From sequence record SRR20825019_881: a stretch of 43,272 bases of DNA. One strand, 5' to 3'. Made by a program: the position numbers and the translations under genes. Numbering within the stretch: the stretch's first letter is position 1; each line of letters starts with the position of its first letter. Below the pieces are notes generated by a model. It did not search any database and was not told the DNA's origin. It worked only from the letters and a program-made list of their open reading frames with translations. Positions 10,953 through 19,837 of the stretch are shown here, piece by piece.

Positions 10953-13114
10953 GAGCGATGATCCTCCAGTGGTAGTCTGATAATTATACTTGTTCCTTCC
11001 GGTCCGTGATTCTCTGCCCACACATCGCCACCATGCTCTTCGATGATTTTTTTGACGATGGCCAGACCCAGACCGGTGCCTTTGTGTTTGGTGGTGGCAT
11101 AGGGTTCGAACAGTGTATCTATGATGTTGTCAGGAATACCGGGACCATGATCACGGATATGGATTTCCAGCCACTGATGTTGCTGGCTTTCTACAGGGTG
11201 GTAACTGATCACGATATCGACCGGTGAGTTTGCATCTTCGCAGGCTTCGATGGCATTTTTCAACAGGTTGTGCATGACCTGACGGAAGCGGTTGGCATCG
11301 ACGCGAACCTGGATTTCCTCGCGACTGTTCAACAGGGCAAACTGGTGGTTGGGATTGCTCTGGTACATGGTCAGCACTTCCCGGATCAGCTGGCCAATGG
11401 AATGCCATTGCAGTTGCAGCGCGGGGGTACGGGCATACTCGGAAAATTCATTGACCATTTCTTTCATGGCCTCGACCTGCTGCACGATGGTATCGGTCAG
11501 CTTGTTCAGGCCCTCGCTCTGTTCGGCAGGCACCATGGAACCATATTTGCGTTGCAGGCGTTCGGCCGATAACTGAATCGGGGTCAGCGGATTTTTAATT
11601 TCATGGGCCAGACGCCGTGCGACCTCGCCCCAGGCCGCATGCCGCTGCGCTTGCAGCAGGGCGGTAATATCCTCAAATACCACCACCCAGCCGGCATTAT
11701 TGGGCAGACGCGTGCCGTGACAGATCAGGGTCTGGTTGCCCTTGGCTTTCTGCATCTCGATCTGCTGTTCCCAGTTCAGTCCTTTGCCGGCGTAGTTTTC
11801 AATCATCTGGCAAAAGGTCTGCATATTCCGGTTGAGTCCGGCCAGCTTGGATAACGGGCTCTCCAGCCGCTGTTGCAGATTAATGTCCAGAATTTTGCTG
11901 CTGGCATTGTTGGCGGTATGCAGATAAAGGCGCTTATCCACCGTTACTACGCCGCTGGACAGGCTGCCCAGCACGGTGGTCAGGTAGCTGGTCTGTTGTT
12001 CCAGCAGCCGATGACTGCGCTGAGAGGCGTTATGGGCCTGGGTCAGTCGCTGTGTCATCTGGTTGAAAGAGCGCACCAGAAAGCCGATTTCGTCGTGACC
12101 GGACGCGGTGAGCTGCATATTGTAATTACCCGAAGCGACGGCCTGTGTGCCCTCGGCAAGATCCTGCAGCGGCTCGACGATACGCCGCGAAATCCAGATG
12201 GCAAACCAGATCGAGACCAGGATGGTCAGAAAAACAATCAGACTCAGACTCAGGGTAAATACCGTAATCAGCGGTTTACGCAGGTAGCTCAGTTCCTTGT
12301 AGTCGGTATAGGCAGCCTGCACGGTTTCACCCAGATCACTGAGGCGGTCATTAATCGGGAACAAGACATTGAGCATGCGCTCTTCAGCCAGCACCGACTG
12401 ACGCGGAATACGCACAGTGGCACGAAGACGCAAATCATCATTTTCAGTGGGGTCGAGACCGATATAGTCCTCGCCCTGAATTAACTGGCTGATAATGCTG
12501 TCATTGGGTCTGTCCGGCACCATGATAGTAGGCGTTTCGATACTGGAGGCGACCGGTGTGCCGTCCATGCCCCAGATACTGACTTCCAGTGCACCGCTGA
12601 GGTTATTCAGGTCCCGCAGACTATGAGACAGCTCGGAGTCGGGTAATTCACTGAGGACCCCGGCCATCATCCGGGTCTGGCGCAGCAGGGTCCGCATGCG
12701 GATACCAAAGGAGGTACGGCTCAGTTCCAGCGAGTCATTCAGTGCCTGTTCGATTTTGACATCAAACCAGCTGTTGATGCCCCGGTGCAGGAAGTGCATC
12801 GAGAAGCCGTAAACAATGGTCGTGGCGACCAGGATCAGCAGCACAAACAGACTGACCAGCCGCACGGTGAGTCGGGAACCGGCTTCATGGCGTTTAAAAT
12901 CGCGGTACAGGCGATACAGACTGCGGGCCAGAATAGCGGCCAGCAGTAACAGACACAGCAGACCGATACCGAAAATCATCAGAAACAGGTCATTCAGTCG
13001 TGAACTGTCCTGTGTTGCGGCACTGAGCAGCCAGGCCATGGCCAGCAGCAGCAAAGCCAGGGAAAAGTAGGGGGCAGTGCCTGAGCTGAGTCGTTTGATA
13101 AAGGCTAGGGCCAT
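10949..13114 (-). CDS. ntrY: NtrY-like membrane sensor histidine kinase (TM, HAMP, PAS, HisKA, HATPase)
   Basis: H-box [28 protein letters not shown]-box [22 protein letters not shown]; several N-terminal TM helices and a HAMP segment ([13 protein letters not shown]). Confidence 0.9.
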   Translation of the reverse strand: MALAFIKRLSSGTAPYFSLALLLLAMAWLLSAATQDSSRLNDLFLMIFGIGLLCLLLLAAILARSLYRLYRDFKRHEAGSRLTVRLVSLFVLLILVATTIVYGFSMHFLHRGINSWFDVKIEQALNDSLELSRTSFGIRMRTLLRQTRMMAGVLSELPDSELSHSLRDLNNLSGALEVSIWGMDGTPVASSIETPTIMVPDRPNDSIISQLIQGEDYIGLDPTENDDLRLRATVRIPRQSVLAEERMLNVLFPINDRLSDLGETVQAAYTDYKELSYLRKPLITVFTLSLSLIVFLTILVSIWFAIWISRRIVEPLQDLAEGTQAVASGNYNMQLTASGHDEIGFLVRSFNQMTQRLTQAHNASQRSHRLLEQQTSYLTTVLGSLSSGVVTVDKRLYLHTANNASSKILDINLQQRLESPLSKLAGLNRNMQTFCQMIENYAGKGLNWEQQIEMQKAKGNQTLICHGTRLPNNAGWVVVFEDITALLQAQRHAAWGEVARRLAHEIKNPLTPIQLSAERLQRKYGSMVPAEQSEGLNKLTDTIVQQVEAMKEMVNEFSEYARTPALQLQWHSIGQLIREVLTMYQSNPNHQFALLNSREEIQVRVDANRFRQVMHNLLKNAIEACEDANSPVDIVISYHPVESQQHQWLEIHIRDHGPGIPDNIIDTLFEPYATTKHKGTGLGLAIVKKIIEEHGGDVWAENHGPEGTSIIIRLPLEDHRS

Positions 13115-13683
13115 ACTGCTCTGACCCAGGGGCTGGTTAACTGCCATTTGCTGGAGATCATCGCGCCGGGCCGCATCGGGGTGGGCAGGGCACTTAAATC
13201 CAGGCCACTCCGAATCTGTAATAACAGATCGTCAGACTGCTGGGTAAATTCAGGCGGCAGGCTTAGATCCTCGATATTACCCAGTGCTTTCAGTGCGCCT
13301 TCCAGATGCGGGAAATTCTGCTGGTCATCGGTTTCCAGGGCTTTCAGTACATATTGCTCGGACAAAGCATGATAGCGAAGCTCATAGTGCAGACGGCTCT
13401 GCCACAAAGTGGTTTCCCACTGCCAGAAGCGGCCCAGAATCGGGAGACTCTCCACCAGTTTCAGTTCCTGAAAAAAGGTGATGGGCACACCATTATGCAG
13501 CGCTTCAATAACGCGTGGCGTCAACGGGTAATCAATCTGCGCACTGAGGACATAGCCGTTACCGATCTGATTCACCCGCGGGTTGTTAACACTGAAAATA
13601 GTGGCATGAGCCAGGCTGCTGAAGCAGAGCAGCAGGAGGACGGTAAAGCGCAACCAGCGTTTAGCGGCGCTGCAGACAGGCAT
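13105..13683 (-). CDS. Exported DUF4390-like protein
   Basis: Signal peptide ending SSLAHA, ALHNGVPITF, LRYHALSEQY, LDLSALPTPMR; conserved position between rsmB and the ntrY-like kinase. The start codon is approximate. Confidence 0.78.
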   Translation of the reverse strand: MPVCSAAKRWLRFTVLLLLCFSSLAHATIFSVNNPRVNQIGNGYVLSAQIDYPLTPRVIEALHNGVPITFFQELKLVESLPILGRFWQWETTLWQSRLHYELRYHALSEQYVLKALETDDQQNFPHLEGALKALGNIEDLSLPPEFTQQSDDLLLQIRSGLDLSALPTPMRPGAMISSKWQLTSPWVRAVWP

Positions 13684-14962
13684 AATAAAAGCCGTCCATG
13701 ACATCGTCACCGGGCAGTCGCTGAAACCCGAACGGGCGCGGCTGAGCAGGGGGGCTGTCGGGTCTGATTTCGCCGGCATCCGGATGTCGTTGCAGAAACG
13801 CTTCAATTTGCTGCTCATTCTCTTGTTTGAAAGCAGAGCAGGTAGTGTAAACCATCAGACCGCCCGGTTTCAGCAACGGCCACAGATTATCCAGTAATTG
13901 CTTCTGGGTCTCTGCCAGCTGGTCGATATCGTCGGGTCTGCGCAGCAGTTTGATATCCGGGTGGCGCCGAATCACGCCGCTGCCGGTGCAGGGGGCATCA
14001 ATCAGGATCCGGTCAAAAGCTTCACCATCCCACCAGAGCCCGGTATCAGCCGCATCAGCAGCGGCCAGAGACGCCGATAAATTCAGCCGCGACAGATTCT
14101 CGGCGATGGATTGCAGACGTTTATCGGAAATATCCAGCGCAATCACTTCATTATCCGGGGCCTGTTCAAGGATATGACCAGTTTTGCCGCCGGGTGCGGC
14201 GCAGGCATCGAGAATGCGCTGGCCTGACTGGATATCTAAAAGCTCGATCACCCGCTGGGCGGCACCGTCCTGTACCGAGGCACTGCCATCAAAGAAACCG
14301 GGCAATTTATGCACATCACAGGGGCTGGACAGCAGAATAGCCTCATTACCGGCCTCCAGTGGCTGTGCCTCGATGCCCTGTTCGGCGAGTAATTGCAGGT
14401 AATGCTCACGATCGCCCTGTTGCCGGTTGACCCGCAGCATCATCGGTGGCTGCTGATTGTTGGCTTCACAAACCTGTTGCCAAAATTCGGGCCAGTCTTG
14501 CTGATAATGATTCAGCAACCATGCGGGGTGAGCATGGACAGCTTCCTGGTTTTGCTCAAGTTCAGCATCAATCGTCGTCTGTTGGCGCTGGTAGTTACGT
14601 AGACAGGCATTGAGCAGCCCACCAGCCCACGGTTTACCGAGCTGTTTGGCGGCGTTGACGGTTTCAGAGATGGCTGCGTGCGGCGGTGTTTGTAATTCGC
14701 GCAGTTGATAGAGCCCGACCAGTAACAGCGCGTGGACATCGGCATCTTTGTTCTTAAACGGTTTTCGGAGCAATTTGTCTGCAATCACAGCCAATCGGGG
14801 CTGCCAGCGTAAAACACCGTAGCAGAGCTGCTGACAAAAGCCGCGATCACGTTCATCAACGTTTTTTATCTGTTCGGCGAGGACGGCTGTCAAAGAGCGC
14901 TGCTCTGACATGACGGCGGCCAGAACCTGTGCGGCAACTGTGCGGGCGGATGGGTTAGCCAA
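13661..14962 (-). CDS. rsmB: 16S rRNA m5C967 methyltransferase RsmB
   Basis: NusB-like N-terminus, ILDACAAPGGKT, ILIDAPCTGSGVIRRHPDIK, YTTCS, DGFYYA. The start could be TTG 14962 or GTG 14971. Confidence 0.95.
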   Translation of the reverse strand: MANPSARTVAAQVLAAVMSEQRSLTAVLAEQIKNVDERDRGFCQQLCYGVLRWQPRLAVIADKLLRKPFKNKDADVHALLLVGLYQLRELQTPPHAAISETVNAAKQLGKPWAGGLLNACLRNYQRQQTTIDAELEQNQEAVHAHPAWLLNHYQQDWPEFWQQVCEANNQQPPMMLRVNRQQGDREHYLQLLAEQGIEAQPLEAGNEAILLSSPCDVHKLPGFFDGSASVQDGAAQRVIELLDIQSGQRILDACAAPGGKTGHILEQAPDNEVIALDISDKRLQSIAENLSRLNLSASLAAADAADTGLWWDGEAFDRILIDAPCTGSGVIRRHPDIKLLRRPDDIDQLAETQKQLLDNLWPLLKPGGLMVYTTCSAFKQENEQQIEAFLQRHPDAGEIRPDSPPAQPRPFGFQRLPGDDVMDGFYYACLQRR

Positions 14963-15884
14963 GGACTTCACCCGCTGTGACTGGATTGGCATTCAGGAAA
15001 TCCTGTACCGGCATGGCGCGTTTCCCCGGCACTTGTAATTGCGTGATTCGCAAAATGCCATCACCGGTCTGCACCTCAAGCCCTTGTTTGCTCACCGCAA
15101 TAATTTCACCAGGCTGACCGCGCCGTGTTCTGTCCCCGAGTTCAGCCAGCCAGATCCGCATGGTGTCCTCCTGCCACTGGGTCTGAGCCACCGGCCAGGG
15201 GTTGAAGGCATGGATCTGACGTAAGATTTGCTGGGCGGGTTGCTGCCAGTCGATCAGGGCTTCGCGCTTGTCCAGTTTTTTGGCGTAGGTGGACTGGCTG
15301 TCATCCTGAGGTCTGGCCCGGCTCAGTCTGGTTTCGATATTGTTCAGGCTTTGCAACAGCGTCTCTGCTCCCAGTGCTGCCAGGCGGTCATGTAAATCCT
15401 GTGCGGTATCGGAATCATTGATAGGACAGCGGGCTTCAAGCAGCACCGGGCCGGTATCCAGCCCGGCTTCCATTTTCATAATGCCGACACCCGTCTCGGT
15501 ATCGCCGGCCAGAATGGCCCGCTGAATCGGCGCTGCACCACGCCAGCGAGGCAGCAGCGAAGCATGAACATTAATACAACCAAGACGGGGCGAATCAAGC
15601 ACCGACTGTGGCAACAGCAGACCATAGGCAACCACGACCATCAGGTCAGCCTGATAAGCAGCAAGGGTTTGCAGGCTTTCTTCCGTTTTGAAATTAAGCG
15701 GTTGTTCGACCGGGATGGCGGCTTCCAGGGCAACTTGTTTGACCGGGCTGGGTGTCAGTTTACGGCCACGACCGGCAGGGCGGTCCGGCTGGGTATAAAC
15801 GGCACAGATCTCGTGCTCACTGTTCAACAATGGTTTCAAACATTCAGCAGCAAAATCCGGCGTACCGGCAAAAATAATCCGCAT
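14955..15884 (-). CDS. fmt: Methionyl-tRNA formyltransferase
   Basis: MRIIFAGTPDFA, YTQPDRPAGRG, INVHASLLPRWRGAAPIQRA. Confidence 0.98.
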   Translation of the reverse strand: MRIIFAGTPDFAAECLKPLLNSEHEICAVYTQPDRPAGRGRKLTPSPVKQVALEAAIPVEQPLNFKTEESLQTLAAYQADLMVVVAYGLLLPQSVLDSPRLGCINVHASLLPRWRGAAPIQRAILAGDTETGVGIMKMEAGLDTGPVLLEARCPINDSDTAQDLHDRLAALGAETLLQSLNNIETRLSRARPQDDSQSTYAKKLDKREALIDWQQPAQQILRQIHAFNPWPVAQTQWQEDTMRIWLAELGDRTRRGQPGEIIAVSKQGLEVQTGDGILRITQLQVPGKRAMPVQDFLNANPVTAGEVLG

Positions 15885-15900
15885 TAGAGAGCGCTTGTCC

Positions 15901-16404
15901 TTATAGTTTTTGTTTTTGGTGTTTTTCCAGTTTTTTCCTGATGCGCTGACGTTTCAGGTTGCTGAGATAGTCGACAAACAGTTTGCCGTCCAGGTGATCG
16001 ATTTCATGCTGGATGCAGGTGGCGAGCAAGCCCTCCGCATCGAACTCCATTTTGTCACCAGCACGGTTAAGTGCTTTGACTTTGATTCTGTCAGCACGGG
16101 TGACGGCTTCATAAGCCTCCGGCACGGACAGGCAGCCTTCCTCGAATTCTCTTTCACCTTCAGCGTCAGTTACTTCCGGATTGATCAGAATCAGGGGGTC
16201 GCTTTTGTCCTCGGAAATATCGATCACAATCAGACGCTTCTGTACATTGACCTGGATTGCAGCCAGTCCGATGCCGGGGGCCTCGTACATGGTTTCCAGC
16301 ATGTCATCGGCGAGTTGACGAATCTCGTCTGTCACCGCTTCAATCGGTGCCGCCTGGTTGCGCAGACGCGGATCGGGATAATGCAAAATATTCAAAATAG
16401 CCAT
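15901..16404 (-). CDS. def: Peptide deformylase
   Basis: [13 protein letters not shown] and QHEIDHLDG motifs. Confidence 0.98.
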   Translation of the reverse strand: MAILNILHYPDPRLRNQAAPIEAVTDEIRQLADDMLETMYEAPGIGLAAIQVNVQKRLIVIDISEDKSDPLILINPEVTDAEGEREFEEGCLSVPEAYEAVTRADRIKVKALNRAGDKMEFDAEGLLATCIQHEIDHLDGKLFVDYLSNLKRQRIRKKLEKHQKQKL

Positions 16405-16493
16405 GTTGGTACCTGTTTCTGTTCCGATAATCAGAACACTGTTTCAATCACTCTATTTTAATCTGGTGGCAACGACTTGGAAAATAAAGTCCC

Positions 16494-16517
16494 AACAAAA
16501 AGGCGGCCATGGCCGCC
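16494..16517 (-). terminator. Probable intrinsic terminator of the cytochrome c gene
   Basis: Perfect palindrome GGCGGCCATGGCCGCC (16502-16517), followed on the minus strand by TTTTTGTT, about 27 nt after the stop codon. Confidence 0.65.
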
Positions 16518-16543
16518 GTTAATGCAAACAGTCAAAAAATGCT

Positions 16544-16864
16544 TTATTTGAGACTGGCGTAATAGGCGGCCAGATTGGCAATGTCTTCATCCGACAGGTT
16601 CGCTGCCATGGCGTGCATCAGCGCTGCATTACCACCCTGGCGTTCCTTGCTGCGATAGGCTTTGAGTGCTGACACCAGATATTCTTCATTCTGGCCGGCC
16701 AGGTTCGGGTAAATGGGCATCAGGGCAATACCATCGGCACCATGGCAACTGGCGCAGACAGCGGATTTGGCTTTACCTGCCTGTGGATCGCCCTGTGCCA
16801 GAATGGTCGAGGCGGAAAACAGGGTAGTGAAGCCCAGCAAAGTTAAGGATAACGCTTTCATCAT
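16544..16864 (-). CDS. Periplasmic monoheme class I cytochrome c (c4/c554-like)
   Basis: Signal peptide, GDPQAGK, single CASCH heme motif, YPNLAGQ, distal Met in [19 protein letters not shown]. Confidence 0.92.
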   Translation of the reverse strand: MMKALSLTLLGFTTLFSASTILAQGDPQAGKAKSAVCASCHGADGIALMPIYPNLAGQNEEYLVSALKAYRSKERQGGNAALMHAMAANLSDEDIANLAAYYASLK

Positions 16865-17040
16865 TGACTCCGTGGTTGAAAACCGTAGCAGGGCGCAGCC
16901 ATAACGAATTCCTCTGAATGACCGCGGGAAAAGCCTAAAGTTGCCTAATTGCTTGATTACTGACTAAGCTTATAACACACTATGGCTGTTGTTACTCAAA
17001 TAATGGATCAGGGTAACGTTCATGCCATGAGGATAGCTCG

Positions 17041-18072
17041 ATGATACGACGCATTGTCTTAAGCCTGTTTTTTTTACTGTTAAGCCTGCCGCTGATAGCA
17101 AACGATATCGAACTCAACCCTGACCACCCACAACGCTATGTTGTTAAAAAAGGCGATACGCTGTGGGATATTTCCGGCATGTTCCTCAAATACCCCTGGC
17201 ACTGGCCTGATATCTGGTACGTCAATCCGCAAATAGATAATCCGCACCTGATTTATCCCGGTGATGAACTGTCACTGGTCTGGCGTGATGGCCGACCCGT
17301 GTTGGAAATCAATCGCGGTCAGCGTACCGTCAAACTATCACCGCAAGTGCGTGAAAGCCTGCTCGATAAACCCATTCCTACTATTCCTTTATCAGCCATC
17401 GGCCCGTTTCTGACCAAGCCCAAGGTGGTGGGTGCTGAGGTACTGGATAACGCGCCTTATGTGGTGGCCAGTGCTGATGAGCGTTTGATTTCCGGCTCCG
17501 GTGACTTCGTCTATGCCCGTGGTGTGAACAACGATGATGTCAACGATTACAGTGTTTTCCGTGGTGGCAAGGTCTATACCGATCCGGAAACTGATGAGAT
17601 TCTGGGTTACGAAGCGATTTATACCGGTGATGCCACGGTAGTGACGCCGGGAGATCCGGCCAAAGTTGACCTTACTTACACCAACCGTGAAGTACAGATC
17701 GGTGACCGCCTGCTGGAAGTGGAAGAAGATGATTACGATCTCAACTTCATTCCACGAGCTCCTTCAGAAGAGATGAATGGCCGTATTATTTCCGTGTTTG
17801 ATGGGGTGTCTCAGGTGGGGCAGTATCAGATCGTGGTCCTTAATCTGGGCGCGCGTGATGGATTGGAGACCGGTCATGTCCTGTCGGTATTCCAGGCTGG
17901 CGAAACTATCCGTGATCAGGTGTCTGAGCAACCACAGGACATGGTGACACTGCCGGATGAACATGCCGGTGAGGCCATGGTGTTCAAGATTTACGAAAAA
18001 GTCAGCTACGCCATTGTGATGAAAGCGACCCGCGCTATCCATCTGCTTGATAAGGTTAAAAGCGCACCCTGA
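17041..18072 (+). CDS. LysM peptidoglycan-binding protein (TsaP-like family found upstream of dprA)
   Basis: Signal peptide and a LysM domain (YVVKKGDTLWDIS...WPDIW..NPQIDNPHLIYPGD); conserved def/lysM-dprA context. Confidence 0.9.
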   Translation: MIRRIVLSLFFLLLSLPLIANDIELNPDHPQRYVVKKGDTLWDISGMFLKYPWHWPDIWYVNPQIDNPHLIYPGDELSLVWRDGRPVLEINRGQRTVKLSPQVRESLLDKPIPTIPLSAIGPFLTKPKVVGAEVLDNAPYVVASADERLISGSGDFVYARGVNNDDVNDYSVFRGGKVYTDPETDEILGYEAIYTGDATVVTPGDPAKVDLTYTNREVQIGDRLLEVEEDDYDLNFIPRAPSEEMNGRIISVFDGVSQVGQYQIVVLNLGARDGLETGHVLSVFQAGETIRDQVSEQPQDMVTLPDEHAGEAMVFKIYEKVSYAIVMKATRAIHLLDKVKSAP

Positions 18073-18084
18073 GGTGGTGAGTTA

Positions 18085-19191
18085 ATGATCACCGACAAGC
18101 AAGACGCGCTCGCTTGTTGGATTGCCCTGCAGCGCGTACCGGGTCTCGGGCCTGTCACTTTTGCCAGACTGCTTGAGCAATATGGTCGTCCTGAGGAGAT
18201 TTTGCGTCAGCCCAGGCAGCTCAGCGGACTCAGTGAAAAGGTAATGGACGGTATCCGCCAGCCTGACTGGCACCAGGTCGAAGACGATATGGTCTGGCTT
18301 GATCACGATAACCGTCATTTGATTACCTATGATGATGCGCGTTATCCCCCCCTGCTGAGGGAAATTTCTGATCCACCCATGCTGCTGTATCTGCAGGGAG
18401 ATGTCTCCTTGCTGAGCCAGTGGCAGCTGGCCATAGTCGGTAGCCGCAGCCCGACACCATCGGGTCGGAATACTGCTTATGATTTTGCACGTTATCTGGC
18501 TGCCGGGGGGCTGACAGTGACTTCAGGCCTGGCAACCGGCATTGATGGCGCGGCACATAAAGGTGCCCTGGCTGCCGGCGGCACAACGCTGGCAGTGGTG
18601 GCGACCGGACTGGACCGGGTGTATCCAGCCCAGCACCGGGAGCTCGCGCATCAAATCGTTGCGCAAGGGGCGATTGTGTCTGAATTTCCGCTCGGCACCT
18701 CACCGAGACCGGAACTGTTTCCTCGCCGAAACCGGATAATCAGTGGTCTGTCATTAGGAACGCTGATTGTAGAAGCGGCTCTTAAAAGCGGCTCGTTGAT
18801 TACTGCCAGAATGGCGATGGAACAGGCTCGTGAGGTGTTTGCCATCCCCGGCTCAATTCACAATCCACTGTCCCGCGGCTGTCATCAGTTGATCAGAGAG
18901 GGGGCTAAGCTGGTGGAAACGGCCGATGATATTCTGGAAGAATTGGGCGCACTTGCCGGGGTCAATGCGCCGGAAGCGGAAATGAAAGAAACTGAATCCC
19001 CTTCACATGAAAAAGACGGTGATTACCGGATTTTATTTGAACATCTGGGATTTGACCCCATTCCTATAGACAAGCTGATAGAAAACAGCGGATTGACGGC
19101 CGATGCGGTTTCATCCATGCTGTTATTACTGGAATTAGAAGGCGAGGTAGCGTCATTGCCGGGCGGACGATACGTACGAACGGGTTTGTAA
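18085..19191 (+). CDS. dprA: DNA-processing protein DprA
   Basis: AIVGSR, TSGLATGIDGAAH, FPRRNRIISGLS, SGSLITA, EVFAIPGSI and a C-terminal winged helix. Confidence 0.96.
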   Translation: MITDKQDALACWIALQRVPGLGPVTFARLLEQYGRPEEILRQPRQLSGLSEKVMDGIRQPDWHQVEDDMVWLDHDNRHLITYDDARYPPLLREISDPPMLLYLQGDVSLLSQWQLAIVGSRSPTPSGRNTAYDFARYLAAGGLTVTSGLATGIDGAAHKGALAAGGTTLAVVATGLDRVYPAQHRELAHQIVAQGAIVSEFPLGTSPRPELFPRRNRIISGLSLGTLIVEAALKSGSLITARMAMEQAREVFAIPGSIHNPLSRGCHQLIREGAKLVETADDILEELGALAGVNAPEAEMKETESPSHEKDGDYRILFEHLGFDPIPIDKLIENSGLTADAVSSMLLLLELEGEVASLPGGRYVRTGL

Positions 19192-19221
19192 AAATCAGTC
19201 CCTCCTTCAATAGAGAATCGA

Positions 19222-19689
19222 ATGAAAGAAAATATCATTGATGTGTTGCTGTATCTGTTTGAGAACTACATCGACACTGAAGAGAGTCAAAAACCCGACA
19301 AAGACACCCTGGAACTGGAACTCGAACGCGTCGGCTTCCAGGAACTGGAAATCCACAAAGCCCTGGAATGGCTGGAAAACATGACGGTTGTCGCCGAACG
19401 GCCACTAAACCGCGATGCCAGTATGCGTGTTTTCAATGATAGGGAAATTGAGCGTCTGGACGTTGAATGCCGCGGTTATCTGCTGTTTCTGGAACAGGTC
19501 GGCGTGCTGGATGTCGAAACCCGCGAAGTCGTGATTGAGCAGGTCATGGCGCTGGAAACTGAAGAAATCGATCTGGACCAGCTCAAATGGGTTGTGCTGA
19601 TGGTACTGTTCTATCAGCCGGGCAGAGAAGTGGCGTTTGCCTGGATGGAAGATCTGGTGTTTGAGGACATGGAGGCGGTTATCCATTAA
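19222..19689 (+). CDS. smg: Smg (DUF494) protein
   Basis: DVLLYLFENY, EIHKALEWL, CRGYLLFLEQ.GVL...TRE.VI, LKWVVLMVLF.QPG. Confidence 0.93.
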   Translation: MKENIIDVLLYLFENYIDTEESQKPDKDTLELELERVGFQELEIHKALEWLENMTVVAERPLNRDASMRVFNDREIERLDVECRGYLLFLEQVGVLDVETREVVIEQVMALETEEIDLDQLKWVVLMVLFYQPGREVAFAWMEDLVFEDMEAVIH

Positions 19690-19718
19690 AACGGCGCTGA
19701 AAAATGAATAATTACTTT

Positions 19719-19744
19719 GCCCGCGATATAGCGGGCTTTGTTTT
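19719..19744 (+). terminator. Possible intrinsic terminator after smg
   Basis: GCCCGC-GATATA-GCGGGC hairpin followed by TTTGTTTT. Confidence 0.6.
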
Positions 19745-19837
19745 ATGTGCTGCTTCTGCAGACAGACCCTTCGGGTCTGATGAAATCAGACAGCAACACG
19801 GAGGCAGGAATCTAAGCTTGCACGAGCACGGGTGAAT

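Noticed and set aside
16945..16976. FNR box or sigma70 promoter between the cytochrome c and lysM genes
   Set aside because: Only a TTGAT half-site is present, and the TTGCTT-N16-TATAAC match is too weak to call.
19777..19812. CTGATGA, resembling a hammerhead ribozyme core, upstream of topA
   Set aside because: There is no stem II followed by GAAA and no suitable cleavage-site arrangement.
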